64,000 nt of DNA from Bdellovibrionota bacterium (GTDB taxonomy: Bacteria > Bdellovibrionota_C > UBA2361 > JAAYZI01): assembly GCA_050950765.1 (NCBI GenBank), contig JBMNIF010000003.1:512001-576000 (forward strand), given 5' to 3'. The position numbers and the translations under genes were made by a program. The notes below the pieces were generated by a model. The model ran no database searches. It saw only the letters and a program-made list of their open reading frames with translations, and was not told the origin of the DNA. This document shows, piece after piece, positions 41,844 to 50,990 of this stretch (position 1 is its first letter; every line of letters begins with the position of its first letter).

Positions 41844-41888
41844 GCGAGGGCTTATTCTGAAAAAAGTTTTCCAGAACAAGCCACTCGC
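41844..41888 (-). terminator. Long 3' hairpin of cassette
   Basis: Minus strand GCGAGTGGCTTGTTCTGGAAAA…TTTTCAGAATAAGCCCTCGC; two G-U pairs form only on minus strand. Confidence 0.65.
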
Positions 41889-41916
41889 AAAAAGAATTGT
41901 TAACTCCTCTCAGTGC

Positions 41917-42345
41917 TTAGTTGGGCACTAAAGAAAAAAGGAAGTAGTAACCAGCCGCAGCCAGAGAAATAACTAGGGTACCCACAAAAACTACAACCAC
42001 GACCCTAAATGCCTCTTTGACAAGATCTTCTTTTTTTTCGCTGGGTTCGAATCGTAGGCGAATAAGGCAAGTCAGTATGAGAAACGGTGCAACTGATACG
42101 GTAAGTACGGCTAATATGGCTAATATGGCTAATCCAAGACTGGGATCATAATAAATATGGACACAACCCAGCACAACCAGAATAACAACCAAAATAACCA
42201 TAAAACCGAAACCCTCGTTCCCGAATACCTCTTCGACAAGATATCTAAGACCTTCTTTTTTGCCGAGTTTGAATACCAAGGGAGAGAAGCGAGTCAGTAA
42301 CGCTGCAACAAACACCGCAACTAATCCGACTAATAGGGCTTCCAT
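41917..42345 (-). CDS. Orphan multi-pass membrane protein (142 aa)
   Basis: ATG at 42345 with AAAGGAGG RBS; about four hydrophobic helices. Confidence 0.7.
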   Translation of the reverse strand: MEALLVGLVAVFVAALLTRFSPLVFKLGKKEGLRYLVEEVFGNEGFGFMVILVVILVVLGCVHIYYDPSLGLAILAILAVLTVSVAPFLILTCLIRLRFEPSEKKEDLVKEAFRVVVVVFVGTLVISLAAAGYYFLFSLVPN

Positions 42346-42513
42346 ATTGAAACCTCCTTTACTTTGTGCAGTTTGACCTACATTAGAAACGTAGGTTTGT
42401 TCGTCTTCCGTCTTCAATAAGAAAACGGAATTCCTATCCATAACCAACAAGGTGATAAAGAAGAGATAAGCCTCCTCTTCCTCTTGAGGGTTCTTAAAGT
42501 AAGTGCTCAATTT

Positions 42514-42831
42514 CTAAGCACCGAACTCAAAAAACGCTGTCACGACAGAGACAACTCCTAAAAATATGCAGAGCATAGCAAAGCAATCACGTCGTCGTTC
42601 TGAAGCCTCATCCATTTCAATCCTACTCCCAGCGAAAATCGTGCGGATACACCACCCAACGAAAATAATGTGAGTAAGCCTAAAGAACGGGCTAAAAAAC
42701 TGAGACGAAAAAAAGAGGTCGTAACCCAGCACAAGGAAGAAAATGGTCAGAAACTGTTTTCCTCTGATTGTGCTACGAGAGCAGACGTTTATTATTAACG
42801 TCGCCAAAAACGACACTATAAGAGATGACAT
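42514..42831 (-). CDS. Orphan membrane protein, possibly truncated by premature TAG
   Basis: AAAGGAG RBS; hydrophobic; frame stays open after TAG at 42514-42516. Confidence 0.5.
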   Translation of the reverse strand: MSSLIVSFLATLIINVCSRSTIRGKQFLTIFFLVLGYDLFFSSQFFSPFFRLTHIIFVGWCIRTIFAGSRIEMDEASERRRDCFAMLCIFLGVVSVVTAFFEFGA

Positions 42832-42979
42832 CTAAAAGTCTCCTTTGTCTGTCAGTGCAGTTTGACCTGCATTAGAACTGGGAATACACCTTAAATAAGG
42901 TGTACCTAGAGAAGCAGTTTAAGTTTACCTAGATAAAACCTTAACAAACGCGACTGCTTCTAAAAAATTAAATAACTGT

Positions 42980-44824
42980 CCTAAATTCCCGTTTTTTTAT
43001 AGTCTACACCTTAGTATTTAATATTTTATCGACAAAAATCTTCTGGTCAATTTCTAATGCTTCTAAAATATCTTTTTGTTTTTTTGTTAATGGCTGTAGT
43101 AGCATGCTCAGATTTTCATTATCTATGCGTCTTATCATTTTAAGCGCTTCTAAAACTCTCTGAATGGTTTTTTCTACTTTTTTGTTATTATTATTTATAG
43201 TTCTTTGTAAGTCTGACCACATAATTAAGCTAAGAAAGGAGACGAAGCTTTTGCCGTCAGTAGTTTTTTCATTATGTGTTAGCATACGGTCATTATCCAA
43301 TTCATTTTTTAAATTATCGAAAGCTTTCTCAATAAAGTCTCGTCGTGAATAGATATGAAGTGCTTCTTGTGGTGTCATTGTTGAGTGGTTACTCAAAAAA
43401 GCAAAAACTCCTAGCATAGATAAGATATCGGTAATTTTTTCATGATCCCTTTCAAAACTTTCTAACTGCACTTCTTTCTTAGTTTTTATTTTGTAGTATT
43501 TAGAGTAGCGACTCATACTCATAGGCTTTTTCATTTCTTTTAGTTCATCTTCTAATCTGTCAATATGAGAGTAAAGAGTGCTCTCTTCCTCAGATGCACT
43601 TTTTGTATTTAAGTAAACGTAGAGAGAAAATTTTTCTCCATTTATCACAATATCTTTTCTTACCCCATAACAATTTGTCCCAGATATGTGATTCCTAGAA
43701 GAGCGAAGAGTAACAGATGCTTCCCTCATAGTATCGTTGTAATTTTTCTGAGATTTAGGAACAGCTACGAGAAATTCTATTTGCTCTTTTTTTATATATT
43801 CTAAATTTTCTTTTGTAATAAAACCTCTATCCAGAACATAAAATATATCATCAATACCTAAGCTTTTAGAGTATTCCATCATTGTTGTAAGAAAAACTTT
43901 ATCAACAACACTTCCACTGTAAAGAAAAAAACTTATTGGTAAATTGCTGTCGGTAGCGTATAAAAGTCCGACATTTAGTTGTGGTAAATATTCTTTGTCT
44001 CTATTGTATCCATTCTCGGCAAGTGGCAAGTCTGCATAAGTAGAAAGGCTCGTAACATCATAAGCTACAGTCTCATTGTTTTTCATAGCATGGTTTTTCC
44101 ACACAGAAAAAAACTTCATTTGATCTTGTTTGGTAATCGATGAAAAAAGCTCACTTGTCTTTTGCGAGGATAGAGATATGTTTTTAGGGGTAAGAGTATT
44201 TTGCAAAAAATTATCTATATTCATCATTACATTGCCTTCGCAAGCCATGTATAACGCAGTATAAAAGATATCTTCGTATTTATCGGGAAAGATTGTTTTT
44301 AAGCATTTTAATAACCCTATAGCCTCAGCTCTCATTTTTAATGCGACTACGTGACCTGCGTCCCAAACAAAGCGAGAAGAAGCTAGATCAATAACGTCAG
44401 ATGGCATTGGATAATATTTTCTAAAGTTCTCATTAGGAATCATTCTTCCTTGTCTATCAGGGTCTATCTTTCCCACAATCACTTCATCACAAGTAGGTGT
44501 GCCGTTCTTATTACGACGATGACCAAGTACGTGATACACATACTTTACGTTCCCTTTGTTATCTTTTTTATACGAAATCTTTTTTTCTGGAATTGGAATT
44601 GAAATATTTATTAAAGCCATTTTGCCTCCTATTTTTTACTGTCTCGTAGACTACGGAAGTATAGTCTACAAAGCAAAAGATGTCAATAGTTTTTTTAAAA
44701 AAATTAAAAAAACTTTTATAAAAAAACTTAATTAAATAAGTATGTTGGAGGAAATATAATATTAGAAAATCTAAATATGAAATTAAATTATTGATATGGA
44801 CTACATAAAAAACGGGAATTTAGG
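42980..44824 (-). mobile_element. Complete IS1634-family insertion sequence (1845 bp)
   Basis: 18-bp perfect terminal IR CCTAAATTCCCGTTTTTT; TSD TAACTGT at 42973-42979 and 44825-44831; single transposase. Confidence 0.92.
43004..44620 (-). CDS. IS1634-family DDE transposase
   Basis: YDVTSLSTY, GYNRDK…PQLN, G…D, LDRGF, YSRRDFIEKAFDNLK, GKSFVSFLSLI. Confidence 0.9.
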   Translation of the reverse strand: MALINISIPIPEKKISYKKDNKGNVKYVYHVLGHRRNKNGTPTCDEVIVGKIDPDRQGRMIPNENFRKYYPMPSDVIDLASSRFVWDAGHVVALKMRAEAIGLLKCLKTIFPDKYEDIFYTALYMACEGNVMMNIDNFLQNTLTPKNISLSSQKTSELFSSITKQDQMKFFSVWKNHAMKNNETVAYDVTSLSTYADLPLAENGYNRDKEYLPQLNVGLLYATDSNLPISFFLYSGSVVDKVFLTTMMEYSKSLGIDDIFYVLDRGFITKENLEYIKKEQIEFLVAVPKSQKNYNDTMREASVTLRSSRNHISGTNCYGVRKDIVINGEKFSLYVYLNTKSASEEESTLYSHIDRLEDELKEMKKPMSMSRYSKYYKIKTKKEVQLESFERDHEKITDILSMLGVFAFLSNHSTMTPQEALHIYSRRDFIEKAFDNLKNELDNDRMLTHNEKTTDGKSFVSFLSLIMWSDLQRTINNNNKKVEKTIQRVLEALKMIRRIDNENLSMLLQPLTKKQKDILEALEIDQKIFVDKILNTKV

Positions 44825-45124
44825 TAACTGTAAGACGTATTACTTATTAAATTTCTTAGAAGCAGTTTCTTTTTCATCTACACATATTCAATTTAAAATC
44901 TATATATAAAAGAGCTCTAAGCGGCTATTAAAAAAAGCCCCTATTTAGTATCAGTTAGAGTAAAAAGCTAATCAAATTTTTATGCACTTTTTAAAATAAG
45001 CATTTAGGTAATTTTTTGATGGTTATAAGTCTAAGACGGATTTTAAGGTATTAAAAACAGAAGCATTTTTGGGGAAATAGGTTTGACTAAGGAGGGAGGG
45101 AAAAAGCACTCCGCTAAAGTAGAA

Positions 45125-46759
45125 CTACAATAAGTTAAGTAAAGATTCCGTTACATCAGAGCGCAGCGTGGTGTCTATCCTCAATTCATTTGCTCCGCAG
45201 GAAAGAGCTAACGGTGCAAGGGGATCGCGTGCATCTGCAACGTTTGCATGGAGAGATGCGATATTGTCTAAGAACAGCCTCGCCATAGCAGTTCCTCTAA
45301 GGTAGGTTTCAAACAACTCGCTCCCCTGCCATTCTAAATCAGGAACCAAAGAGAAATGAGAAAAGCCCGTGTTAAGATCTTGTAGCGATCTTAATTTATG
45401 CAGATGCAGCAAGCGAACCTCCCAAGAATCCCACTTTGCAATACGCATACAACAGGAAGCTTTAGCTCCAAACCTGTGCATCCACTTTACAACACGCAAC
45501 CAGTCCGGTGTGTTTTTAGCACTCCGTTTGCCTCTTTTTTTAATTAACATCTCACCGCCCCAAGCCGGAACGGCATCTAAACCAGCCTCAACTAAACGTG
45601 AGGCAACCTCTTCAAAAGTTAACGCCGCTGCTTGCGCCAAGTTGAAGATAACAGGAATTCCGATCCCTTCTAGTGAAGTTTTACAAACAGACTTTAATCT
45701 TCGTAACGCCTCCTCATATATTTCAAGATCAGTTGTTTGTTCAGAAAAAGGGTAGAAAATTAAGGTCGAAACATCATTAACCGTTTTTTTTGATAACACC
45801 TCAGACTCTGCTAGAAGGTTTTCCAAGTTCGTAAATCTTACGGAGAAATCGTATCCGATACTTCGCTTACTAAATAATCTGCTACGCAAGAGATCAGCCG
45901 CTAGAGCGAGATCCGCTAACGGCGCCTCTTGCACGACCTTACAGGCATCCTCAATACTTAAGCGTTTACCATCAAGCGTATCTTGCAAAATATCGCTTAC
46001 GCACCGATGTCTTTCATCATTAGGAGCTACACCTCGTATAACTTTTGAAATACTAACGTATGTTGCTTGCGGTAAAAGATCTTTTGTAACACACAATTCA
46101 TAAAACTTATTTAGATCTTCTTTAACTCGAGGAGTTAAACAACAAGCACCCTCACAAGAAGGCTCCTTACCTTCTTTAGTACACTTTTTAAGAGCAGCAT
46201 CTAAAACTTTATGAGTCTCCGAAGTTATAGCAGCCTGCCGTGTCGCCCAGATTAACGCCAGCAGGGGTAAGCCCGACCACTCTTTCCAACGTGTAGTTAA
46301 GTCTTCTGCATTGTATTCGCCACTAACTGCCTCCTGATCTCCGAGACAAACCAACCCTTCATCATCTTTAAGGTCTGCCAACATGATCGGACGTATAATG
46401 CGTACAATCCGCGGCACTATCTGCCAATGATCTTCCATTAAGAGTTTTAAGAAGAGCCCCACAGCACCAACTGAATCAATCAGATAGATCGTCTGCAATT
46501 TTTGTAATGATGCTTTGTGATAGAGCGTTATTTGTGCAGCGCTCTTGACAAGGTCTACTCCAAAATCCAAACCTAAACACCCACCATGCAAGGCGAAATC
46601 AGCCACAGAGATTAGTGCCACATCAACCTCACCCGCCATTAAACGCGTTATATTATCAGCAGGTGAATTCTCTTGGTAAAGAAATGAAGTATCTTTCGCT
46701 AACCTTTGATAGCCCTTTCCAAGTGTACCACAGCAATTAGCAATCTTTATCTTCTTCAT
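45125..46759 (-). CDS. MqnA-like domain fused to MqnC/CofH-like barrel lacking the radical-SAM motif
   Basis: GEVDVALIS, LGD, DL...WKEWSGLP (MqnA-like); L.EAGLD.VP..GGE.L, HL..LRSLQD..GF, ARLFLDN, ALSCGAN (MqnC-like); no CxxxCxxC. Confidence 0.7.
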   Translation of the reverse strand: MKKIKIANCCGTLGKGYQRLAKDTSFLYQENSPADNITRLMAGEVDVALISVADFALHGGCLGLDFGVDLVKSAAQITLYHKASLQKLQTIYLIDSVGAVGLFLKLLMEDHWQIVPRIVRIIRPIMLADLKDDEGLVCLGDQEAVSGEYNAEDLTTRWKEWSGLPLLALIWATRQAAITSETHKVLDAALKKCTKEGKEPSCEGACCLTPRVKEDLNKFYELCVTKDLLPQATYVSISKVIRGVAPNDERHRCVSDILQDTLDGKRLSIEDACKVVQEAPLADLALAADLLRSRLFSKRSIGYDFSVRFTNLENLLAESEVLSKKTVNDVSTLIFYPFSEQTTDLEIYEEALRRLKSVCKTSLEGIGIPVIFNLAQAAALTFEEVASRLVEAGLDAVPAWGGEMLIKKRGKRSAKNTPDWLRVVKWMHRFGAKASCCMRIAKWDSWEVRLLHLHKLRSLQDLNTGFSHFSLVPDLEWQGSELFETYLRGTAMARLFLDNIASLHANVADARDPLAPLALSCGANELRIDTTLRSDVTESLLNLL

Positions 46760-47802
46760 GCCAAGATACCTCTATCATCTCCACCAAACACCGTTAAGAG
46801 ATCAATATAACTCGGAAGATGTAACGCCTCTACGGATTCGATATCAACAGCGCCATAGATTTTGCTATTAAATCCAAAAAATTTAAACATTCCTAAAGAG
46901 CTGAGAGAGGGGTATGACCCACTTATGCCACGCTCATTCAAGCCCTGCAAAACAATACTACCGACTGCTAGCCCCCTCATAATAAAGAGATCATAATCAA
47001 CACTTTCAGCTACTTTTTGTGAAGCATTAAAAGACTCTCCAACACACCAACTATCAATTACACCATCTGCAACACCTTTATTAAGTTGATGCAGCTCCCG
47101 CGCAAAAAGAGGGATCGTTCGGAAACGATCAAGTCTAGTATAAAGATCCACAGAGAACCCACACTCTTTCAGAATAGGAATTGCGCTTCGATACGTTGTT
47201 TCTCGCAAGCGGTCGAATTGCAACTGCTTTAATTGCAACAATACATTTTTTAGTCTATCCGAACGCAGGTCTCTATCACTTGAGCTTTCATGCAACATCA
47301 ACCAAGAATTAATCTGATCGACAGAGGGACCAACCAAAACGAGATCTTCTCGCTCCTCTTTTATCTTTGCGATAACGTCTCTCCACATCCCCATCAGATC
47401 ACTAAAATCAGAGATGTCTGAAAAAACATTAAGCCCGTTGTATAACTTTCCACTAAAAATAGTTGCGATCTTTTTTTCTACATACGAAAAACCACCCAGC
47501 CCCATCCACGATTCTAACGGTAGATGTAGCGCTGGAACGATCTGAAAGATCGGAGCTTCATCAACTGATGCCAAAGCTGATAATTTCATTAAGACAGATA
47601 ACGGCGCTTTTGTTAAAAGGAGCTCTATCTCTTCAACTTCAAAAGGTGTTTTTGTTGAAATTTTTTCTAAGATCTGAGAAAAGCCGAAAGCTGCTAAAGT
47701 GCTCTTCGTGAAGCGTTCCGAACACAACTTAGAATCGTTAAGTAGCCCCTCTACGGGAACAGACCTCCCTCTTATGATTCCACGTTTTGCCAGAGTTCCC
47801 AT
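46756..47802 (-). CDS. Hypothetical protein, remotely MqnE/CofH-like
   Basis: N-terminal ILEKI…EIELLL..APL..L.KL helix pattern; 4-nt overlap with mqnA-C fusion; no Fe-S motif. Confidence 0.5.
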   Translation of the reverse strand: MGTLAKRGIIRGRSVPVEGLLNDSKLCSERFTKSTLAAFGFSQILEKISTKTPFEVEEIELLLTKAPLSVLMKLSALASVDEAPIFQIVPALHLPLESWMGLGGFSYVEKKIATIFSGKLYNGLNVFSDISDFSDLMGMWRDVIAKIKEEREDLVLVGPSVDQINSWLMLHESSSDRDLRSDRLKNVLLQLKQLQFDRLRETTYRSAIPILKECGFSVDLYTRLDRFRTIPLFARELHQLNKGVADGVIDSWCVGESFNASQKVAESVDYDLFIMRGLAVGSIVLQGLNERGISGSYPSLSSLGMFKFFGFNSKIYGAVDIESVEALHLPSYIDLLTVFGGDDRGILA

Positions 47803-47960
47803 GCTGCCGCCTCCACGCTGCCACAGACTAACAAAACTACCCTTTAAGGGCAAATGAACGAAACCTCAGGAACGGATATATTATCTCTTTCTTCTTACTG
47901 CATAAGTCTATAAAAATTACTGAAAAAGCCTCTGCAAAAAGCTTGCTCTAAGACGTTTAA

Positions 47961-49082
47961 GTGCCTTATGCTAGTGATATGGAGAATAACACCACCACCT
48001 TTTTACGACAACCTAAAGATGCCTCTCTTCAAAGCGCTACCTTAACCACCGCACGCAAGATCTCTGAAGCGCTTGGTCCGATCCCCACCTTATTTTCAGT
48101 CCCCATCCGCGCCCTCTTACTTGATCAAGAGACCTCTCAAGTGATGCGTCCTAGTACTCAACTTTTAGTTTCAAACCTCTTAACCTCTCCAACTTTGAAG
48201 GCATCTTTTTACTACGCCGCTCTGACATTTCACGGAGAGAAATTAAACAATAGCGCTTATCTCTCATCTACTGATCTCGTCCGCATTTTTTCACCAGCAG
48301 AAACGGCTTCTATTATCGGAATAATCTTTTTAACGATGCGCATTCAGAAGATCGGGAAGTTACGTGAAGATCCCGATTGGCAAGAGATCCTTGATAGAGC
48401 CGTTATTTGTAGTGAGATAGGTGGTCAGATCGGTTATGCCATACCGACACTAGGCGCAGCACACGCACTTTTAGTCGGCACTTTACCGTACATCGTTGAA
48501 GGTTTGTTTTTTATAACCGATATCAATGGAGCTAAGGTTTATCATCAGGAGCTCCGCTCCTCCGAAGAAAGATACAATATTGAATCAGAGATGCAGCTCT
48601 GGAGGTGCTCCCGTTTTGATATTATTGTTAATCTACTGCAGATGTTAGGTTTCGGGGTGCCCTTTGCACATACCTTCCTCACACCATTTGAAAAAACGGA
48701 GGAAGATGCAGAAGATTCTGAAAATTATAAAACACTACTTATCGACGAGTGGATTCAGGCTCTTTTTCAAACAGGAGAGAAGCCGCAAAAAGTGCATAAA
48801 GGCACTTATTATCCGTTGGAACGTGATTTCCATAAGTTGATGTATGAAGTAGATCTAATCAGACGTAACGGCAGTAAATATAATTGGCTCAAACGTTCGC
48901 GTCATGACATTAATCCTACTGACACTCCACAACTTTTTCAGGAGGTTTTGCAAGAACTACGAGAACCGAGCGCCATTCAACGTTTTTATGAGGAAAATAT
49001 GCCGAAAGAGTTACTTGAAACTTTATCAGAAAAAGATTTACAAGAGCTAAGTGCTATTGATCACCAATTCTCAGAAGAATAA
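47961..49082 (+). CDS. Hypothetical protein, possibly degenerate HDOD-like
   Basis: 373-aa ORF; IPTL…, ALLVGTL..I, E...W.C pattern weakly HDOD-like. Confidence 0.55.
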   Translation: MPYASDMENNTTTFLRQPKDASLQSATLTTARKISEALGPIPTLFSVPIRALLLDQETSQVMRPSTQLLVSNLLTSPTLKASFYYAALTFHGEKLNNSAYLSSTDLVRIFSPAETASIIGIIFLTMRIQKIGKLREDPDWQEILDRAVICSEIGGQIGYAIPTLGAAHALLVGTLPYIVEGLFFITDINGAKVYHQELRSSEERYNIESEMQLWRCSRFDIIVNLLQMLGFGVPFAHTFLTPFEKTEEDAEDSENYKTLLIDEWIQALFQTGEKPQKVHKGTYYPLERDFHKLMYEVDLIRRNGSKYNWLKRSRHDINPTDTPQLFQEVLQELREPSAIQRFYEENMPKELLETLSEKDLQELSAIDHQFSEE

Positions 49083-49096
49083 CAGGACTAAATACC

Positions 49097-50230
49097 TTGA
49101 ACACACAAGCAACAACAACATTTGAAGTACAGAAGGGGGGGAAGATCCTTATCAACCTTGCTGGTGTCTGGAGCATCTCTAAACGAGGCACAAAATTCCC
49201 CGACTTAGAACCTCAACTTCAAAAGGTTAAACCGATCTCTGAAATAAGCTTCAACTTAGCTAACGTTCAAAGTTGGGATACCAGCCTTGTCGCTTTTATT
49301 AACTCTGTTCTCCGTTATGCAGCTAAGCACTCTATAAAAGTTCAAACCACAGACCTGCCACCTGACTTACAGAGCATTTTAGATTTAGCTAGAGCTGTTC
49401 CTGCTAAAGAGCAATCAGAAGACGGCGATTCCGCCTCAAACCCACTTGCAAAATTGGGTGCCTCTGCCCTGCGAAGCTACGCCTCTTTAAAAGAGGTCTT
49501 CACCTTTACGGGAGAGGTCACACTGACCGCTTTTAGAGTTATGCTCGGCAAGAATAAATTTCGATTTTCTGAAACTCTCGCCATCATTCAGCAGTGTGGA
49601 CCAGAAGCACTTCCGATTGTAACCCTTATCTCCGTCTTAATCGGTCTGATTTTAGCTTATATCGGTGCCGTGCAACTACAACAGTTCGGCGCCACTATCT
49701 ACGTTGCAAACCTAGTCGGCATCGCAATGTTACGTGAAATGGGTGCTATTATGGCAGCTATCGTTATGGCGGGTCGAACGGGTGCGGCTTTTGCCGCACA
49801 GTTAGGAACTATGCAGGTCAATGAAGAGATTGATGCCTTCAAAACTCTCGGCATCTCACCTATTGAGATCTTAGTTTTGCCACGTATGTTGGCGTTAGTC
49901 TTGATGATGCCGTTCCTCTGCCTCTATGCAGATATCTTAGGAATTTTGGGAGGTGCCATAGTTGGTATTTTCTCGTTAGACCTTGACCCAACGTTATTTT
50001 TCCGACAAGTTCAAAAATCCATCGACTTAGGTGATCTCTTTGTCGGTATGGTGAAAAGTGTGGTCTTTGGAGTGTTGATTGCGTCAGCAGGGTGCTTACG
50101 TGGTATTAAGTGCTCACGCAACGCCTCCGCCGTTGGTGCTGCCGTCACTGCAGCCGTTGTTTCAAGTATCGTAGCCATCGTTGTTACTGATGCTATTTTC
50201 GCTGTCATAACAAATATTTTAGGAGTTTAA
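49097..50230 (+). CDS. mlaE: MlaE family ABC permease with N-terminal STAS domain
   Basis: WDTS; LREMG, AGRTGAAFAAQLGTMQVNEEIDA, VLPR. Confidence 0.92.
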   Translation: MNTQATTTFEVQKGGKILINLAGVWSISKRGTKFPDLEPQLQKVKPISEISFNLANVQSWDTSLVAFINSVLRYAAKHSIKVQTTDLPPDLQSILDLARAVPAKEQSEDGDSASNPLAKLGASALRSYASLKEVFTFTGEVTLTAFRVMLGKNKFRFSETLAIIQQCGPEALPIVTLISVLIGLILAYIGAVQLQQFGATIYVANLVGIAMLREMGAIMAAIVMAGRTGAAFAAQLGTMQVNEEIDAFKTLGISPIEILVLPRMLALVLMMPFLCLYADILGILGGAIVGIFSLDLDPTLFFRQVQKSIDLGDLFVGMVKSVVFGVLIASAGCLRGIKCSRNASAVGAAVTAAVVSSIVAIVVTDAIFAVITNILGV

Positions 50231-50236
50231 AAGATT

Positions 50237-50989
50237 ATGACAGACGCTATTTTATCCGTAAAAGGGCTGCAACTTGGGTATGGCGATTACGTCTTACAAC
50301 GCGATTTAACATTTGATGTTAAGCGTGGTGATATCTTTTTTATTATGGGCGGTAGCGGCTGCGGAAAAAGCACCTTGCTAAAATCGCTAATCGGACTAAC
50401 TCCTCCACAAGCTGGAGCTGTTTTTCACAACGGTAAAGATTTTTGGAACGCTCCCGAAGATGAACAATCAGTTATAATGCGTAACTTCGGCATGCTTTAT
50501 CAAGCAGGTGCCTTGTGGAGCTCCATGACTTTAAAAGAGAACGTCTGCTTACCACTAAAAGAGTACTCAAAACTCGGCAAAGATGAGATTGATGAGATGG
50601 CGCGTTTAAAGTTAGCGCTAGTCGGATTGGCAGGATTTGAAGAGTTCTACCCTTCTGAAATAAGTGGTGGAATGCGTAAACGTGCCGCTTTAGCACGTGC
50701 CATAGCGCTCGACCCGCACCTTCTTTTTCTGGACGAACCGTCAGCTGGTTTAGATCCGATCACATCAAAGCTACTGGATGATCTGATTGTGGCGCTTCAA
50801 CAAACTTTCGGCATGACGGTCATAATAGTTAGCCATGAATTGGCGAGTATTTTATCAATCGGTACTAATTCCGTATTTTTAGATAATAGATTAAAAACGA
50901 TGACTGCATACGGTAATCCTAGTCTTTTATTAAAACAAGGTGACAACAAGAGTGTTGTTTCTTTTTTATCGCGAGGCGAAAATCAGTGA
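50237..50989 (+). CDS. mlaF: MlaF family ABC ATPase
   Basis: GGSGCGKST, ISGGMRKRAALARA, LDEPSAGLDP, SHEL. Confidence 0.92.
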   Translation: MTDAILSVKGLQLGYGDYVLQRDLTFDVKRGDIFFIMGGSGCGKSTLLKSLIGLTPPQAGAVFHNGKDFWNAPEDEQSVIMRNFGMLYQAGALWSSMTLKENVCLPLKEYSKLGKDEIDEMARLKLALVGLAGFEEFYPSEISGGMRKRAALARAIALDPHLLFLDEPSAGLDPITSKLLDDLIVALQQTFGMTVIIVSHELASILSIGTNSVFLDNRLKTMTAYGNPSLLLKQGDNKSVVSFLSRGENQ

Positions 50990-50990
50990 T

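Larger units (their letters stand above)
41813..42961. repeat. 22-bp inverted repeat flanking an orphan membrane-gene cassette
   Basis: AGAAGTAGTCGCGTTTTTTAAG (41813-41834) vs reverse complement of CTTAACAAACGCGACTGCTTCT (42940-42961): 20/22 match. Confidence 0.8.

Noticed and set aside
42044..42053. GGTTCGAATC tRNA T-loop-like motif
   Set aside because: Lies antisense within a CDS; no cloverleaf or acceptor stem can be built
42514..42516. Genome-wide TAG recoding (pyrrolysine or alternative code)
   Set aside because: Many conserved genes here (thrS, rpmE, ybaK, HU) end at TAG at expected lengths; no pyl genes
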